From assembly GCF_009914755.1 (NCBI RefSeq), contig NC_060940.1: a DNA stretch of 64,000 nt; one strand, written 5' to 3'. Positions within the stretch are counted from its first letter, which is position 1. Each line of letters begins with the position of its first letter. The stretch is from the human T2T-CHM13v2.0 reference genome, Homo sapiens. Both the position numbers and the translations under genes were made by a program. Under the pieces are notes generated by a model. That model was not told where the DNA came from, did no database searches, and worked only from the letters and a program-made list of their open reading frames with translations. Of the stretch, positions 34,984-55,209 are shown piece by piece.

Positions 34984-36262
34984 TCAAAAAATATATATAT
35001 ATACATACACATATACGTATATATGTGTATATATACGTATATATGTATATGTATACACACATTATATGTAATATCTACTTTTAAATATAAACATAAATAT
35101 TATAAAGCTTTTATTGCAATTGTTCATTTTAGAAACTTCAGAAAATACAAATTAGTAAAAAGAAGAAAATAAGTCTGTAATACCACTTTTAAGGACTATT
35201 TTGAAAACCTCTAGCTGTTTTTTGAGATAAATTTACATACCAAGACTTTTTTTTAAAAAATCATAATGATGACTTTTTCATAGGACTGTGTAGGATAAAG
35301 CTTGTGAAATGTCTATCTAACATATTTTGTAATATATGAAAATTTCAGCTAAACTTGTTCTATAGCATCACATGGTTTCAATATATTATTAGAAAATCAT
35401 TCCATAAACAATGGTTTGGTATATAGTTTCAACAATTCAAGGCTGGGCACAGTGGCTCATGCCTGTAATCCTACCACTTTGGGAGGCCGAGGCAGGCAAA
35501 TCACCTGAGGTCAGGAGTTCAAGACCAGCCTGGCCAACATGGTAAAACCCTGTCTCTACTAAAAATACAAAAATTAGCCGAGCATGGTGTCAGGCACCTG
35601 TGATCCCAGCTACTCAGGAAGCTGAGGCAGGAGAACTGCTTGAACCTAGGAGGCAGATGTTGCAGTGAGCCAAGATCTTGCCACTGCACTCCAGACTAAG
35701 CGACAGAATGAGATTCCATCTCAAACAAAATAAATAAATAAAATAATTCAGCAGGATGAGGTGGCTCATGCCTATAACCCCAGCACTTTGGGAGGCTGCA
35801 GTGGGACTACTGCTTTTGCCTGGGAGTTCAAGACCAGCCTGGGCAACATAGAGATACCATGTCTCAGAAAAAAAAAAAATAATTTAAAAAAAAAGAATTC
35901 ATTGATGATTCTGTATTTACAAATATATTCCTGCATCATTTGTTCATGGTAACCAGGAAATTGCAATGCATATATACATGCTGTCATTTCCAAAGCCGCT
36001 GTCTTCCAGAATTGGTACTGATTCTAGTAGACTTTTCACTCTGGTGTTAAAAATATAATTAATATAGGAATGTCTTCTACCTAATAGCTTTTTTCCCCAC
36101 AACTCCCCAACCCCCTCACTCTAGAGGCCTTAAGTAGTCTAAGTTAATCAGCTTAGTCTGAAATATAATACTACCTAGGCATCTTGTTGGCCTAGTATTT
36201 CTTACTCTTTTATGGAATGAACTGTGCAATTGTTTTGTGTGGTTAAAAGGTATTCTAGGTCA

Positions 36263-36430
<168 letters not shown>

Positions 36431-36621
36431 TCAGGAGGCAGAGACACGACAATTGCTTGAACCCAGGAGGCAGAGGTTGCGGTGAGCTAAGATTGCACCA
36501 CTGCACTCCAGTCTGGGCAACAGAGTGAGACCCTGTCTCAAAAAATAAAAAACAAAATAAATAAATAAAAAATAAAAGGCAATCTAATAAAGTTGTTGCT
36601 TTTTTTTTTTCCCAATTCCAG

Positions 36622-36651
36622 AGTGGACTGATGTACTGGCCCTTTGTACAG
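36622..36651 (+). CDS. MPV17L: MPV17L exon 3, 30-nt microexon ([10 protein letters not shown])
   Basis: T-run + ccAG acceptor, CAG|GTAAGT donor; carries the family WP..Q motif. Confidence 0.94.
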
Positions 36652-36730
36652 GTAAGTTCCACCTACTCAGTAATATGAACTCAGGGCTTTGGTTTCCATG
36701 TGGCCCTAACGGACTCTCTCTCTGTTCCAG

Positions 36731-36910
36731 CTGACCAACTTCAGCCTTGTTCCTGTTCAATGGAGAACAGCTTACGCTGGAGTCTGTGGTTTTCTCTGGG
36801 CCACCTTCATCTGTTTTTCCCAGCAGAGTGGTGACGGCACATTCAAGTCAGCTTTCACCATTTTATATACAAAGGGGACCAGTGCCACAGAAGGGTACCC
36901 GAAGAAATGA
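36731..36910 (+). CDS. MPV17L: MPV17L exon 4 coding part (LTNFSLVPVQW...EGYPKK*)
   Basis: ttccAG acceptor, TGA at 36908-36910; spliced CDS 310+71+30+180=591 nt = 196 aa. Confidence 0.95.
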   Translation: MTNFSLVPVQWRTAYAGVCGFLWATFICFSQQSGDGTFKSAFTILYTKGTSATEGYPKK

Positions 36911-37819
36911 GAAGTCAAGGACTCTCTTAAAGGGACCACATTTTTTACCTAAAATGCACAGAATTGCCTGCAGACAAAATATTTGATGTGCCAATTATGC
37001 ACTTCATTTTGAGGAATTACTACTATTTATAGACCCACTTTTTAAAAAATTATCAATGATTATTTTTGAATTGTATTCAGACTTTTTTCCTGTTCTAGTC
37101 TGAAATATTACTTCTCTAATATTTTGGTTAATATGAATAATAGTGGCAAAATGGCATTTTAGAATTATTAATATTTCTAATATTTTAACACAAGTTTCAG
37201 GAAACTTGGTTTTGATTGTTCACATTTCTATTCTAAAATCTCAGGTTATCTCCTGAACACTTTTGGGCAGATGAAGTTTTATACCAAAAAATAGTTCTTA
37301 GAGTGAATTTTAATTTACATAGAACTCAATCGAAATGAAGATTTAATAACCAGATTTCTTTCTCCAAAACATACACAATTTGTTATTTTAGTAAATACCT
37401 TTTTTTTTTTTTTTTTTTTTTGTGGTGGAGTCTTGCTGTCTCCCCGGCTGGAGCGCAGTGGCACGATCGCGGCTCACTGCAGCCTCCATCCTCTGGGTTC
37501 AAGCAATTCTCCTGCCTCAGGCTCCTGAGTAGCTGGGATTACAGGCACGTGACACCAGGCCCAGCTGATTTTTGTATTTTTGTTCATTTGCTTTTGTTTT
37601 TGACACAGAGTCTCGCTCTGTCGCCCAGGCTGGAATGCAGTTGTGAGATCTCGGCTCACTGCAAGCTCCGCCTCCCGGGTTCACGCCATTCTGCGTCAGC
37701 CTCCCAAGTAGCTGGGACTACAGGCACCTGCCACGATGCCTAGCTAATTTTTTGTATTTTTAGTAGAGATGAAGTTTCACCGTGTTGGCCAGGATGGTCT
37801 TGATCTCCTGACCGCATAA

Positions 37820-38527
<708 letters not shown>

Positions 38528-39163
38528 GTCTCCAACTCCTGGCCTCAACTGATCCACTCTCATTGGCCTCCCAAGGTGCTGGGATTATAGGCATGAGCCA
38601 CCGCACCTGGCTCAGTAAGTACATTTTTTATTATCAAAAACAGAGTAGTGTATGATTGGCGTATTCTGTGTAGAATGTATTTTATTGATGTCTTCTATTT
38701 TTATAATTTTTAATGAATGCTTTTTAGTTTTGGGCAGATTCAGTTGACTAAAGCACCTCATTTCCCAGATACATGAAATAAAATACTTGGTTTCTTTTCC
38801 AATTTCACACTGATGTTATTTTGTGAAAATCAGTGCTTTAAGATAAATATTTATACTTTAAGGTAAACATGAGAAACTTGATCTAATATTTAATATTTAT
38901 TCAGTTCTACGCTTTATTAACTTCTACACCAGCAGATTTAAAAATTATGTAACTATCTCAAGAAGTTTCACTTGGACGTAGTGGTTCACGCTTGTAATCC
39001 CAGCACTTTGGGAGGCTGAGGTGGGAGGATTGCTTAAGGCAAGGAGTTTGAGACCAGCCTGGGCAATACAGCAAGATCCCATCTCTATTTTAAAGAAAAG
39101 TTTCACTTTGGGAGGCCAAGGCGGTTGGATCACAAGGTCAGGAGATCGAGACCATCCTGGCTA

Positions 39164-39401
<238 letters not shown>

Positions 39402-39750
39402 TCATCTCCAATGTCATGTTCCACAGATTTCAAGTTGTGAAGCCCTGAACTGTTAATTTATCCTGAGAATGTATATTTAAGCTTAATTTAAGACTATATA
39501 CCTAAAAATTGAGCATATAATTTGTATAATTTGTTTATGTAAGTTTCTGTAAGTCATAAATATGTAGTTTCCAAGTGGATAATTTACCTGAATGTAAAAG
39601 GCATTAATATATTTTACATTATTGGGACCATAGTACAGAAATTTCTAAATGGTTTGTAAAATAACTTGTTATTTGCTTTGTTGTAAAAGTAGTTAATACA
39701 ATGGAAAAATGGTTTCGTAATAAGAAGATACATTTTAACATCAAAACGTA

Positions 39751-40069
<319 letters not shown>

Positions 40070-40371
40070 TTATAAGTACTACCTGGTGCAAAACTTTACA
40101 GAAGCTGTGGTATCACTTTTATGATAGAAGAATAGTGTTTGCATTTTGTATAAAAGTACTTGGGGCTGGGCATGATCGCTTATGTCTATAATCCAAGTGC
40201 TTTGGGAGGCGAAGGCAGGTGGATCATCTGAGCCCAGGAGTTTGAGACCAGCCTAGGCAACATGGCAAGAGCCTGTCTCTCCAAAACCTACAAAAATTAG
40301 CCAAGCATGGTGGTGTGAGCCTGTAGTCCCAGCTACTTGGAAGACTCATGCAGGAGGATCTCTCGAGCTCA

Positions 40372-40638
<267 letters not shown>

Positions 40639-40876
40639 CTACTCAGGTGGCTGAGACAGGAGAATCGCTTGAACCTGGGAGGCATAGGTTGTAGTGAGCC
40701 GATAAATATAAAAAGTATTAAAGTACTAACAGAAGAAAATTTCCACTGATCACCCTTTAGCTTTAAATAATGCAGAAGCATATGCCCAGTTTACTTGTAA
40801 TTAAAAATCATGCATCATTCACAATTTATCAGTCTTTTTTGTTTGTACAAAAACTAATATAAGTTATTCTCTTTTA

Positions 40877-41146
<270 letters not shown>

Positions 41147-41414
41147 TCAAGCCCAGGAGGTGGAGGTTGCAGTGAGCCGAGATCACGCCACTGCACTCCA
41201 GGAAGGGCAACAGAGCAAGACTGTGTCTATAAAAAAAAAAAAAAGAAAGAAAAGTAAATTAACTTTGGTATTTCAGGTTGTATTTATATGGGGACTTCAC
41301 ATCAACTATGTTCACTACAATTGACCAAGTTAAGTGTAGACAGTCTCTTTAATAGAGAGATTATCTGGAACTGCAATTTTTTTTTTTTTTTTGAGACAGA
41401 GTTTCGCTTTGTAG

Positions 41415-41585
<171 letters not shown>

Positions 41586-42290
41586 TAGCCAGGATGGTCT
41601 CAACCTCCTGACCTCGTGATCTGCCTGCCTCTGCCTCCCAGAGTGCTGGGATTACAGGTGTGAGCCACCGCGCCCGGCCTGGAACTGCAATTTCTAACTC
41701 ATACATCATTGCTATAAACCTTATTTGTTTACTGTTTCTCTTCCAAGGACGGTCAGTCATCCTTTAAAATTCATTTGAAGTTATGAAAAGATAGTTTTTG
41801 TTACATGGGCAATTTACTTTTAGTACAGTAAAATGTTATGTGAATTTCTACAGAATGTTTGCTAGAATGAATTATATCTAGGATATGCTTAACAATATAT
41901 TCTGGAGGCAGCTTTCATTTGAAATTAGGTTCATCTTCTGAGAGTATTAAAAAGTTAATGGGTTTTTGTGCCTGAAGATTTTGATGTTGCATTTGGCTAC
42001 ATTTAATCCACTTTCACCCATAAGGTTTAGCATCTAAAAAAATTAAATCACTGCTAATGCAATTAAAATGACTGAAAAAGTTTCTTTTAATACTTTCAAC
42101 AGCTGATACATAAAAAGGGAAATCTGGAATTTGAAGATAAAGTATGTGCTGGAGTTGAAAGGTTAGGAACACATGAAGATCTGTGAACTGTAGCTAACCT
42201 TGTGAATAGAAGGCAGTAATTACTGAGTAACATTTTTGGTATATATCAAGTAAAAGCTTGTCTTTTCCTAGTTCTCTTCTCCTTTGTTAA

Positions 42291-42828
<538 letters not shown>

Positions 42829-43005
42829 TGATATTTTAGGTTGGCAGTTGCAAACTAATGGTCCACAGCGTGCTTTTTATGACACCTAGAAGGTTTGAAG
42901 ACTTTGATTTCATAGTAAAAATCTGGGTTTCAGGCTGGGTGCGGTGGTGCATGCCTGTAATCCTAGCACTTTGGGAGGCTGAGGCAGGTGGATCACCTGA
43001 GGTCA

Positions 43006-43331
<326 letters not shown>

Positions 43332-43622
43332 TTAGGAATTCCAGACCAGCCTGGGCAACATGGCAAAACGCCATCTCTACAAATAACACAAAAACATTAG
43401 CTGGGTGTGGTAGAGTGCGCCTGTAATCCCAGCTACTTGGGAGGCTGAGGCGAGAGGATTGCTTGAGGCTGGGAGGTTGAGCCACGATCACACTCACACA
43501 CTTCAACCTGGGCAACAGAGCCAGACTGTCTCAAAAAAGAAAAAGAAAAGAAAAAAGAAAAGAAAAAAGGAAACGTCTGGGCACATGCCTGCTACAGTCC
43601 TCTATGAAGCAATGTGCCGCAG

Positions 43623-44013
43623 CAGGGGTCCCTAATCCCTGGGCCATGGACCTGTACTGGTCTGTGGCCTGTTAGGAACTGGGCCACAGAGCAGGAGGTG
43701 AATAGTGGGTGGACAATTGAAGCTTCATCTGTATTTCTGGCCGCTCCCCATTGCTTGCATTGCTGCCTGAGTTCTGCCTCCTCTTAGATCAGCAGCATCA
43801 TTAGATTCTCATAGGAGCATAAACCCTGTTGTGAATTGCACACACAAGGGATCCAGGTTGCATATTCCTTATGAGAATCTAATTCCTGATGATTTGTGGT
43901 GGAACAGTTTCATCCCAAGACCATTACCATCCTGCGCTCCATCCCTTGCTGCCTGTGGAAAAATTGTCTTCCACAAAGCCAGTCCCTGGTGCCAAAAATG
44001 TTGGGGACTGCTG
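43623..44013. mobile_element. MER1 DNA transposon (duplicated copy)
   Basis: Paralog of 19802-20191. Confidence 0.8.
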
Positions 44014-44988
44014 TGCTTTAGAATGTGCCTTGAATCTGCAGCCTCTATTGTATAGTTCCCTATAGACTTTGCTTCCTACCATCTTACATTCTGCCTTATA
44101 GGCATTTGTGTTTGCAACTCTTGTTTTTGTTAGTATGCTACGCTGGTGACATTGACCAAATTGACCACACATTAATTATAAGCTTAGTTGGTGATGACCT
44201 CAATGGAATAACGTGACATAAGTACTGTGACAATACTTCTTGCATGTATCTGCTGGTAGAATTGTAAACCTGGTGGTCCGAGATGGTCTAATTCGATCTT
44301 CCTATGTATCTACTTATATTAATAGTGGTAGCATTTGAGGTGGTGATTCAGAGTTTCAATGCCTCTTCTCATGGCAACAACAAATGTTTTCCTTCTGAAT
44401 CAGCATTAACCTAGATGTTACTGCAGATCAAAATTAGACTGTACATTTTCAACCACAGAAATATTGGGCAGTAAACATTTTTCTTAATATTGATTGCCTA
44501 CATAGGTTATGTAATTAGCATATGTTTATAGTTTTGTGATTTATGTGTGGCTGCTACTGAGCCAGAGGGGGTAAAGCAACAGCGTTTTCTCAGTTGTGTG
44601 AGCAGCATTACGTTATAATGAATAGGTAATATTAAATTGGGCTGATGAATCATATTACAGTAATCCAATATTTCACTTGTAAAGTCCCTGAGGTTTACAG
44701 AAGGAAATTTTTTCTAATAACAAGAAGAGTGAGGCATGTGCTTTGGTCTTTATTTCCTAGTTATACGATCCTGGGTAAGGAGCTCAACCTTTCTCTGCCA
44801 AAATTAAATGAGGATTAAATGAGATCATATATGTGAAGGTGTGAAGGACAGTGCCTGGCACATAGTGGGATCAATCAATGTTAGTATCTCTAAAATAGAG
44901 ATTGAGTCTGAAGGTTCATAAAGTGGTAGAACAGATCTTAAGATTCCCAAATGATAGAATTGTTATTTATTTGCCTAAGTAGTAGTAG

Positions 44989-45150
<162 letters not shown>

Positions 45151-45411
45151 TGAGTAGCTGGGATTACAGGTGTGCACCACCATGCCCGGATAATTTTTGT
45201 AGTTTTAGTAGAGGCAGGATTTTGCCACGCTGGCCAGGCTGGTCTTAAACTCCTGACCTCAGGTGATCCAGCTGCCTCAGCCTCCCAAAGTTCTGGGATT
45301 GCAGGCATGAGCCACTGGGCCTGGCCTTTTTTTTTTTTTTGTGAGGCAGGATCTCACTCTGTTGCCCAAGCTGGAGTGCAGTGGCACTACCATGCCTCAC
45401 TGAAGCTTTGA

Positions 45412-45665
<254 letters not shown>

Positions 45666-46325
45666 TAGAGACAGGGCTTCACCATGTTAGCCAGGATGGT
45701 CTCGATCTCCTGACCTTGTGATCTGCCCACCTCGGCCTCCCAAAGTGCTGGGATTACAGGTGTGAGCCACCGTGCCCAGCCCTGGTATTTTATTATTTTT
45801 TTTTTTGTAGAGATGAGGTCTTACTATGTGGCCCAGGCTGGTCTTACATTCCTGGACTCAAGTGATCCTCCGACCTTGACCTCCCGAAGCGTTGGGATTA
45901 CAAGCATGAGCCACCTCGCCCAGTTCCCTTCTTAAATAGTTTTAAGGGGGAGAAGAAAGAAAAAGACTGATTTTCTTCCCTTCCACTACCAAGACAGGCA
46001 AAACACACCAGAACACTTTGCTTAGCATTTCTTTTCTAAAGTGACCAAAATTTATAATAGACACTTAAAATGTGTACTGGAATATATCCCAATTATATCC
46101 CCAGTCTATAACTCAGCTATATGCAGCTCCTTTGTCTTATTAATGCTATGAATCAGCAATAGTTTATGTTTTCATATCACCTGAGGCCATGCAATCCTCT
46201 TTTTTGGTTGTTGAAATAATTTCTATAACTATTTCACAATTTCAATTGCCAACATTAATTCAACAGTATTTAAGCTGTCTGTCCCAGACACTATGCTAGC
46301 CTTTGGAGATTTCCAAGGTGAATAA

Positions 46326-46646
<321 letters not shown>

Positions 46647-47751
46647 TGAGCCACTGCGCTTGGCCACCTTTTTTATTTTTTATTTTTATTTTTTTGATAG
46701 GAGTCTCCCTCTGTCTCCCAGCCTAGAGTGCAGTGGCACGATCGTGGCTCACTGCAACCTCTGCCTCCAGGGTTCAAGTGATTCTCCTGCTTCAGCCTCC
46801 TGAGTAGCTGCAACTTACAGGTGTGTGTCACCACACCCAGATAATTTTTGTATTTTTAGTAGAGACAGGGTTTCGCCGCGTTGTCAGGCTGGTCTCAAAA
46901 TCCTGACCTCAGGTGATCTACCCGCCTCAGCCTCCCAAAGTGCTGGGATTACAGGCATGAGCCACCGCACCTGGCCAGCAGACAGACTTCTAAGCAAATT
47001 ACAGCTACCACTTTTTGTATGCTCACTAACTGTAGATAAGGGTCTATGCCAAGCCCTTTACATCATGTGGTAATTGATATGGTGTAGTTGAGTGGTTTCT
47101 ACCATCGATTTCCTTACCTCCCCCACTTCCCAACAGCTCCCAGTTCCTTTTTGGGGATCTTCCCAGAAGATGACTTTACTTGGCTCAAGAGGTGGAGCAC
47201 ATGACAGATTAAGCCAATCAGGGCGTTTCATGCCCCTTGCTACAGGGTTCAGAGACAATCATGTTATCTGCAGCTGCCCAATTAGAGTGAATCTCATAAC
47301 CTTTGATGGAAAACCAGGACAAAGGCATATTCTCTCATTGTGTCATAGAGATGTTAATATAGATGTAAGGCCTAGGACTACCATAGCCATTTTTTGTTAC
47401 CGTGAAAGACATGGAGGCAAGAGGGTATCACTGAAAGAATCTCAGAGAAACCCTGATGATTTCATAACCTCTGATATAGCCTATGCCCAAAGCCTGCTCT
47501 GGGCTTTTCTGTTATAGGGGCTAGGAGATTCCCTTTATTTTTCAAACCACTGGGAATTAGGTTTTCTGTTACTTGAAGGAAAGCATCATAAAGGATACAC
47601 AGGACCTTTTTTATAACACAGTAGATATTATTCTCATTTTATTTTTGTGTGTTTTGTTTTGTTTTGTTTTTTAAGACAGAGTCTCGCCATCTCAGCTCAC
47701 TGCAACCTCCACCTCCTGGGTTCAAGCGATTCTCGTGCCTCAGCCTCTTGA

Positions 47752-48033
<282 letters not shown>

Positions 48034-48326
48034 TAGATTTCATACTGGAGAAGTCAGAGCTTTTAGGCTGTCCATCACCTAAATGACGTGTATTGTACTG
48101 AATAAGTAACTTCTCATCATCCACCCACCTCCCACACCCTAACCCTTCTCAATCTCCATCATCTATCATTCCACACTCTACATTTCTGTGTACACATTCT
48201 TTAGCTTCCACTTATGAGTGAGAACATGCAATATTTGTCTTTCTGTGTCTGGCTGGTTTAAGATAATGGCTTCCAGTTCTGTCCATATTGCTGCAAAGGA
48301 CATGGTTTCATTCTTTTAATGGTTGA

Positions 48327-48668
<342 letters not shown>

Positions 48669-48881
48669 CACATTTTCTTTATCCACTCATCTGAAGATGG
48701 ACACTTAGATTGAGTCCACATCTTTGCTATAGTGCATTCACTCTCATTGTTATAGTTGAGAAAACAAAGGTCCTTGCCCTTTGCCACTAAGCCAATACAT
48801 GGCAGAGTCAGGTTGATTTCCAAACCCACACTCTTATGATCATGCTTCTAGTAACTCCAGTGCAGTTTAAGAGGTATATCA

Positions 48882-49100
<219 letters not shown>

Positions 49101-49530
49101 TCATTGTGTGTGTGTGTGTGTGTCTGGTGGCCATGGAGATATTCCAGGGCACCAGACATGGACAAAAGTATGAAGTGAAGGGCTCATGGTATATGCTAAA
49201 TAAATGTTTCTATTTTATTTTCCTTTGCGCTTCTGAGAAATTTGCTGTGCTAGGGAATCTTAGTGGGAGGTTCCAAATGTCTCTAATGGGTCCTTAAAAG
49301 TAACACAGGGGACTGAGAGTTACTTTCAAAAAGCTAGTATTTTAAAACAGGTTGTGCAGATGAATTCAGACTTTTGTTTGTTTGTTTGAGACAGTGTCTC
49401 ATTCTGTTGCTCAGGCTGGAGTGAGGCAGTACAATTATAGTTCACTGTAGTCTTGACCTGCTAGGCTCAAGCAATCCTCCTACCTCAGTCTCTGGAGTAG
49501 CTGGGACTATAGGCCTCCACACCTGCATAA

Positions 49531-49899
<369 letters not shown>

Positions 49900-50374
49900 T
49901 GAGATTATGGGTGCCCACTACCACACCCGGTGGTACATAATAATAATTTTTCTATTTTTAGTAGAGACAGGGTTTTGCCATGTTGGCCAGGATGGTCTCG
50001 AACTCCTGGCCTCAAGTGATCCGCCCTACGTGGCCATCCAAAGTGCTGGAATTACAAGTGTGAGCCACCGCGCCTGGCCACATTCTATCATTTTTATATT
50101 GGTTTAGTCCATCCTGTCTTTGATTCCACTGCCATTGCTTATTTCAGATCATTGCTGTTTCTCATGGAGACCCTTGATACTCAGAGTGTGGTCCATGGAT
50201 CAGAGTCTCAACATCACCTGGGAACATCTAGGAATCTTAGATACCCACCTCAGACTCTCTGGATTAGAATGTGCATTTTAACACACTGAAATTTGACAAG
50301 CACTAATAAATTTTTTCACTAGAGTCTTCCAATGATCTCCCGACTCTAGTTTGGTTTTGTTTTTTCAGAGATAG

Positions 50375-50376
<2 letters not shown>

Positions 50377-50416
<40 letters not shown>
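50377..50416. repeat. (CT)n microsatellite inside an Alu
   Basis: About 20 CT units. Confidence 0.9.
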
Positions 50417-50420
<4 letters not shown>

Positions 50421-50513
50421 AGTTGAGAGTGCAGTGGTGCACTCCATAGCTCACTACAGCCTTCAGCTCCTGAGCTCAAGTGATCCTCTTGCTTCAGCCT
50501 TCTGAATAGCTAG

Positions 50514-50711
<198 letters not shown>

Positions 50712-51296
50712 TGAGACAGAGTCTCACTCTATCACAAAGTCTAGAGTGCAGTGGCGCAATCTTGGCTCACTGCAAACTCTGCCTCCAGGGTTCAAGCAAT
50801 TCTCCTGCCTCAGCCTCCTAAGTAGCTGTTCCAAGCATTTTGAGAGGTGGAGGTGGGCAGATCGCTTCAGCCCAGGAGTTCAAGACCAGCCTGGACAACG
50901 TGGCGAAACCCATCTCCACCAAAAATACAAAAAATTAGCTGGGTGTGGTGGTGCACCTCAGTGGTCCCAGCTAGACAAGAGGCTGAGGTAGAAGGATCAC
51001 TTGAGCCCAGGGGCGGAGGTTGCAGTGAGCCGAGATCCTGCAACTGTGCTCCAGCCTGGGTAACAGAGCGAGACCGTGAACATTAAATAAAAATGGATTG
51101 TCTAGGGGAGAGAGAAGTTGAGACCAAAATAGTTCAATGCTAGTAGAGAGTAAGGGACAGAGTATAGGTTAATAAATTTAGATTTACCTAGGTAGTATCA
51201 GCCAGATTTGTAGGTCAAAGTACAAATTTACGGCCGGGCACCGTCCCAGCACTTTGGGAAGGTGAGGCAGGTGGATCACTTGAGGTCAGGACTTCA

Positions 51297-51530
<234 letters not shown>

Positions 51531-52350
51531 TTACTGGTTTCAATGACTAGCTCAAACAAAGGTGTCATCAGCTGTCATAGGAAATACACAAGATAGGATC
51601 TGGAGGAAGATATTAAATTTGAAGTGCTTCTGGGATATCTAGTCTAGTGGTGCTGCCCAACAAAGAGTTGTATAGACACATCTGGAAATATAAGTTCGTA
51701 AACTTTTAGCATGTCTTTACTCACTTTACTGTTTAGTTTAGGTGAACCTTTTTCCAGAGGGTAACTCCCCTGCATAGATGATGGTAAAAAACTGTAGAGA
51801 CTAAGGTTGGGGTTATAAATACACAGTAAATATAGGTAGAATGCAAGGAATTTTTTTTTTTTTTTTTTTGGAGAGACACGATCTCACCAAGTTGCCCAGC
51901 CTGGCCTTGAACTCCTGGGCTCAAGCAATCTTCGTGCCTTGACCTTCCACAGTGCTGGGATTACAGGTATGGGGTACCACCTCCGGCCAGATGCAAGGAT
52001 TTTATTTCCTGGATGGAGCAGCATTTTGGAGCATCCAGAAATATCAGCCCTGTATGCAAGGGGATGCTGTTGAATCAATTCCACATGAAATAGACAAGGC
52101 ATACTAGCAGTTATGTTAGGATGTTATTATTTGAGCCATACACAGATCAGGGGGCACTTTAGAATTTTTCTTCTGCTTACTCAGTTCATTCATACGTTCA
52201 ACAAGCATTGGCTGGGTATCTACCACGTGCCTTTCAATATTTCAGCTCTGATGATTTGAAAGTAAATAGAACACATTTCTACTTCATGGGTATCCTCATG
52301 TAAATATGTGATTTATAAATGAGTTGTATTACTCACGCACATTTCTTTTC

Positions 52351-52383
<33 letters not shown>

Positions 52384-52387
52384 TTGA

Positions 52388-52498
<111 letters not shown>

Positions 52499-53832
52499 TA
52501 GCTGGGATTACAGGCACACGCCACTACGCCTTGCTAATTTTTGTATTTTTAGTAGAGATGGGATTTCACCATGTTGGCCAGGCTGATCTCAAACTCCTGG
52601 CCTCAAGTGATTTACCTGCCTCGGCCTCTCAAAGTGCTAGGATTACAGGCATAAGTCACCATACCCAGCCCTCACACACACTTCTGGTGAGTATAACTTG
52701 GCATGACACTTTTGAAGGATGGCTTGATAATATAAAATGCCTTTAAAAATGTGCATATCCTTTGATTCAGCAATTTCACATCAAGGAATTTTTCCCAAAA
52801 GAATAAGATATCTACAAAGCTTTAAGTGCAAGACTGCTCCTCATATTTTGCTGATAATCTCGAGAATTTAGGAATAACCTGTTTGTCCCCAGAACCAAGG
52901 AGATTGGTTATATAAATTATTCTATAGATAGCAGGAAACCAGTGGATGATTTTCTTTTTAATTTTTTTTTTTTTTCAGAGACAGGTTCTTGTTCTGTAGC
53001 CCAGGCTGGAGTGCAGTGGTGTGGTGATCACAGCTCATTGTAACCTCGAACTCCTAAGCTCAAGCGATCCTCCCACCTCAGCCTCCCAATGGAGGTTTTT
53101 AAGCAGGAGAGTGGCATTGGATGTGTGTGTGTGTGTATCTAATTTTAGAAGTCGTGTGGAGAATGGTTTTCAGTAGGGAGAAAAAAAACCCAGAAAAGAT
53201 GTTTTTTGCCACAGTGTAGGTCAGAGATGATGCAAAATTGAGCTAACTTAGGCAGTAGGAAGGAGGAGGAGAATCAGATTTGGGAGCTATTTCCAAAATA
53301 GAGTCAATAGGATTTGTTGACTGACTGTGGCAGAGAGTGTTGGGATGTTGCAGAATAAGGTACCAAGGATATACTGAGATTTCCAACTCGGATGGAGCAG
53401 GTATGGGGGCTGATATAGTGAATCTGACTTTGAATATGATCAGGTTGAGGTTATAAATCCCTCTTCATGGGCACTGCCATGGTGGTTTCTTGAAACACCT
53501 TTGAGAGGTGATGTGGGATGTGGCGAAGTGTTTAGGCTTTGAGACTGGCTGGCTGAGTTTGAATGCTGGTTCTGCCATGTGTTAGCAAGTAATTTACTTA
53601 CCCAAACTCTCTGAGCTACAGCCCCTGTCTCACAGGATACTACAGCATAGAATGAAGAAGGATAAATCTGGTACAGTGCCCAGCACATAGTAACCACGCA
53701 ATAAACATCAGCTTTAAAAAAACAGACAATGCGGGCTGGGCGCAGTGGCTCACGCCTGTTATCCCAGCACTTTGGGAGGCCGAGGCAGGCGGATCACAAA
53801 GTCAAGAGATCGAGACTATCCTGGCTAACTTA

Positions 53833-54018
<186 letters not shown>

Positions 54019-54036
54019 TCAAACAAAAAACAGTCA

Positions 54037-54382
<346 letters not shown>

Positions 54383-55209
54383 CTATAATAGAGGGAGAAT
54401 ACGCATGCAACCCAGGGATTTTTCTCAGATACCCTCCCCATTCTCAAATAGCATGTGCTCTAAGCTCCTATGGTAAAAGCTTCATGCCCCTGCAAAACTC
54501 ACACACCTGATCCCACTCCTCAAGCACTTCATGGAGAAGCAGCAGCTCCCAGCTCTATAACAGATAGGGGATTTCAGGTCCTAAGTCTTGAGAGCAAATA
54601 TTTCCTCAACTTCTTTTCTCTCTCTCAAGCCTCCTTTAAGAGGAATACATACTATGCTTTCTGGAACTCTATTCTACCTTCCAAACCCATTTATATCTTT
54701 TACGATTTTTTTTCCCCAAGATTGCGGATATTTTCTATTTTTTTTCTGGAGACAGTCTCGCTCTGTTGCCCAGGCTGGAGTTCAGCGGTGCGATCTCAGC
54801 TCACTGCAACCTCCACCTCCCGGGAGGAACTGCCAGACCATCTTCCAAAGAGGTTGCAACATTGTATATTCATGGTATGAGAGATCTAATTTTTCTACTC
54901 AATGTCATTTTAATGGTGTGGTTTTTTGTTTTGTTTTGTTTTGTTTTGTTTTGTTTGAGACAGGATTTCACTGCCACTCAGGCTGGAGGGCAGTGATCCA
55001 GTCATAGCTCACTGCAGCCTCAACCTCCTGGGTTCAAGTAAGCCTCCCACCCCAGCCCCCTGAGCTGCTGGGACCACAGGCACATGCCACCACTCCCGGC
55101 TAATTTTTTAATTATCACTTGTATAGATGGGATCTCCCTATGTTGCCCAAGCTGGTCTTGAACTCCTGGGCTCAAGCAATCCTTTTGCCTCAATCTCCCA
55201 AAGTGTTAG

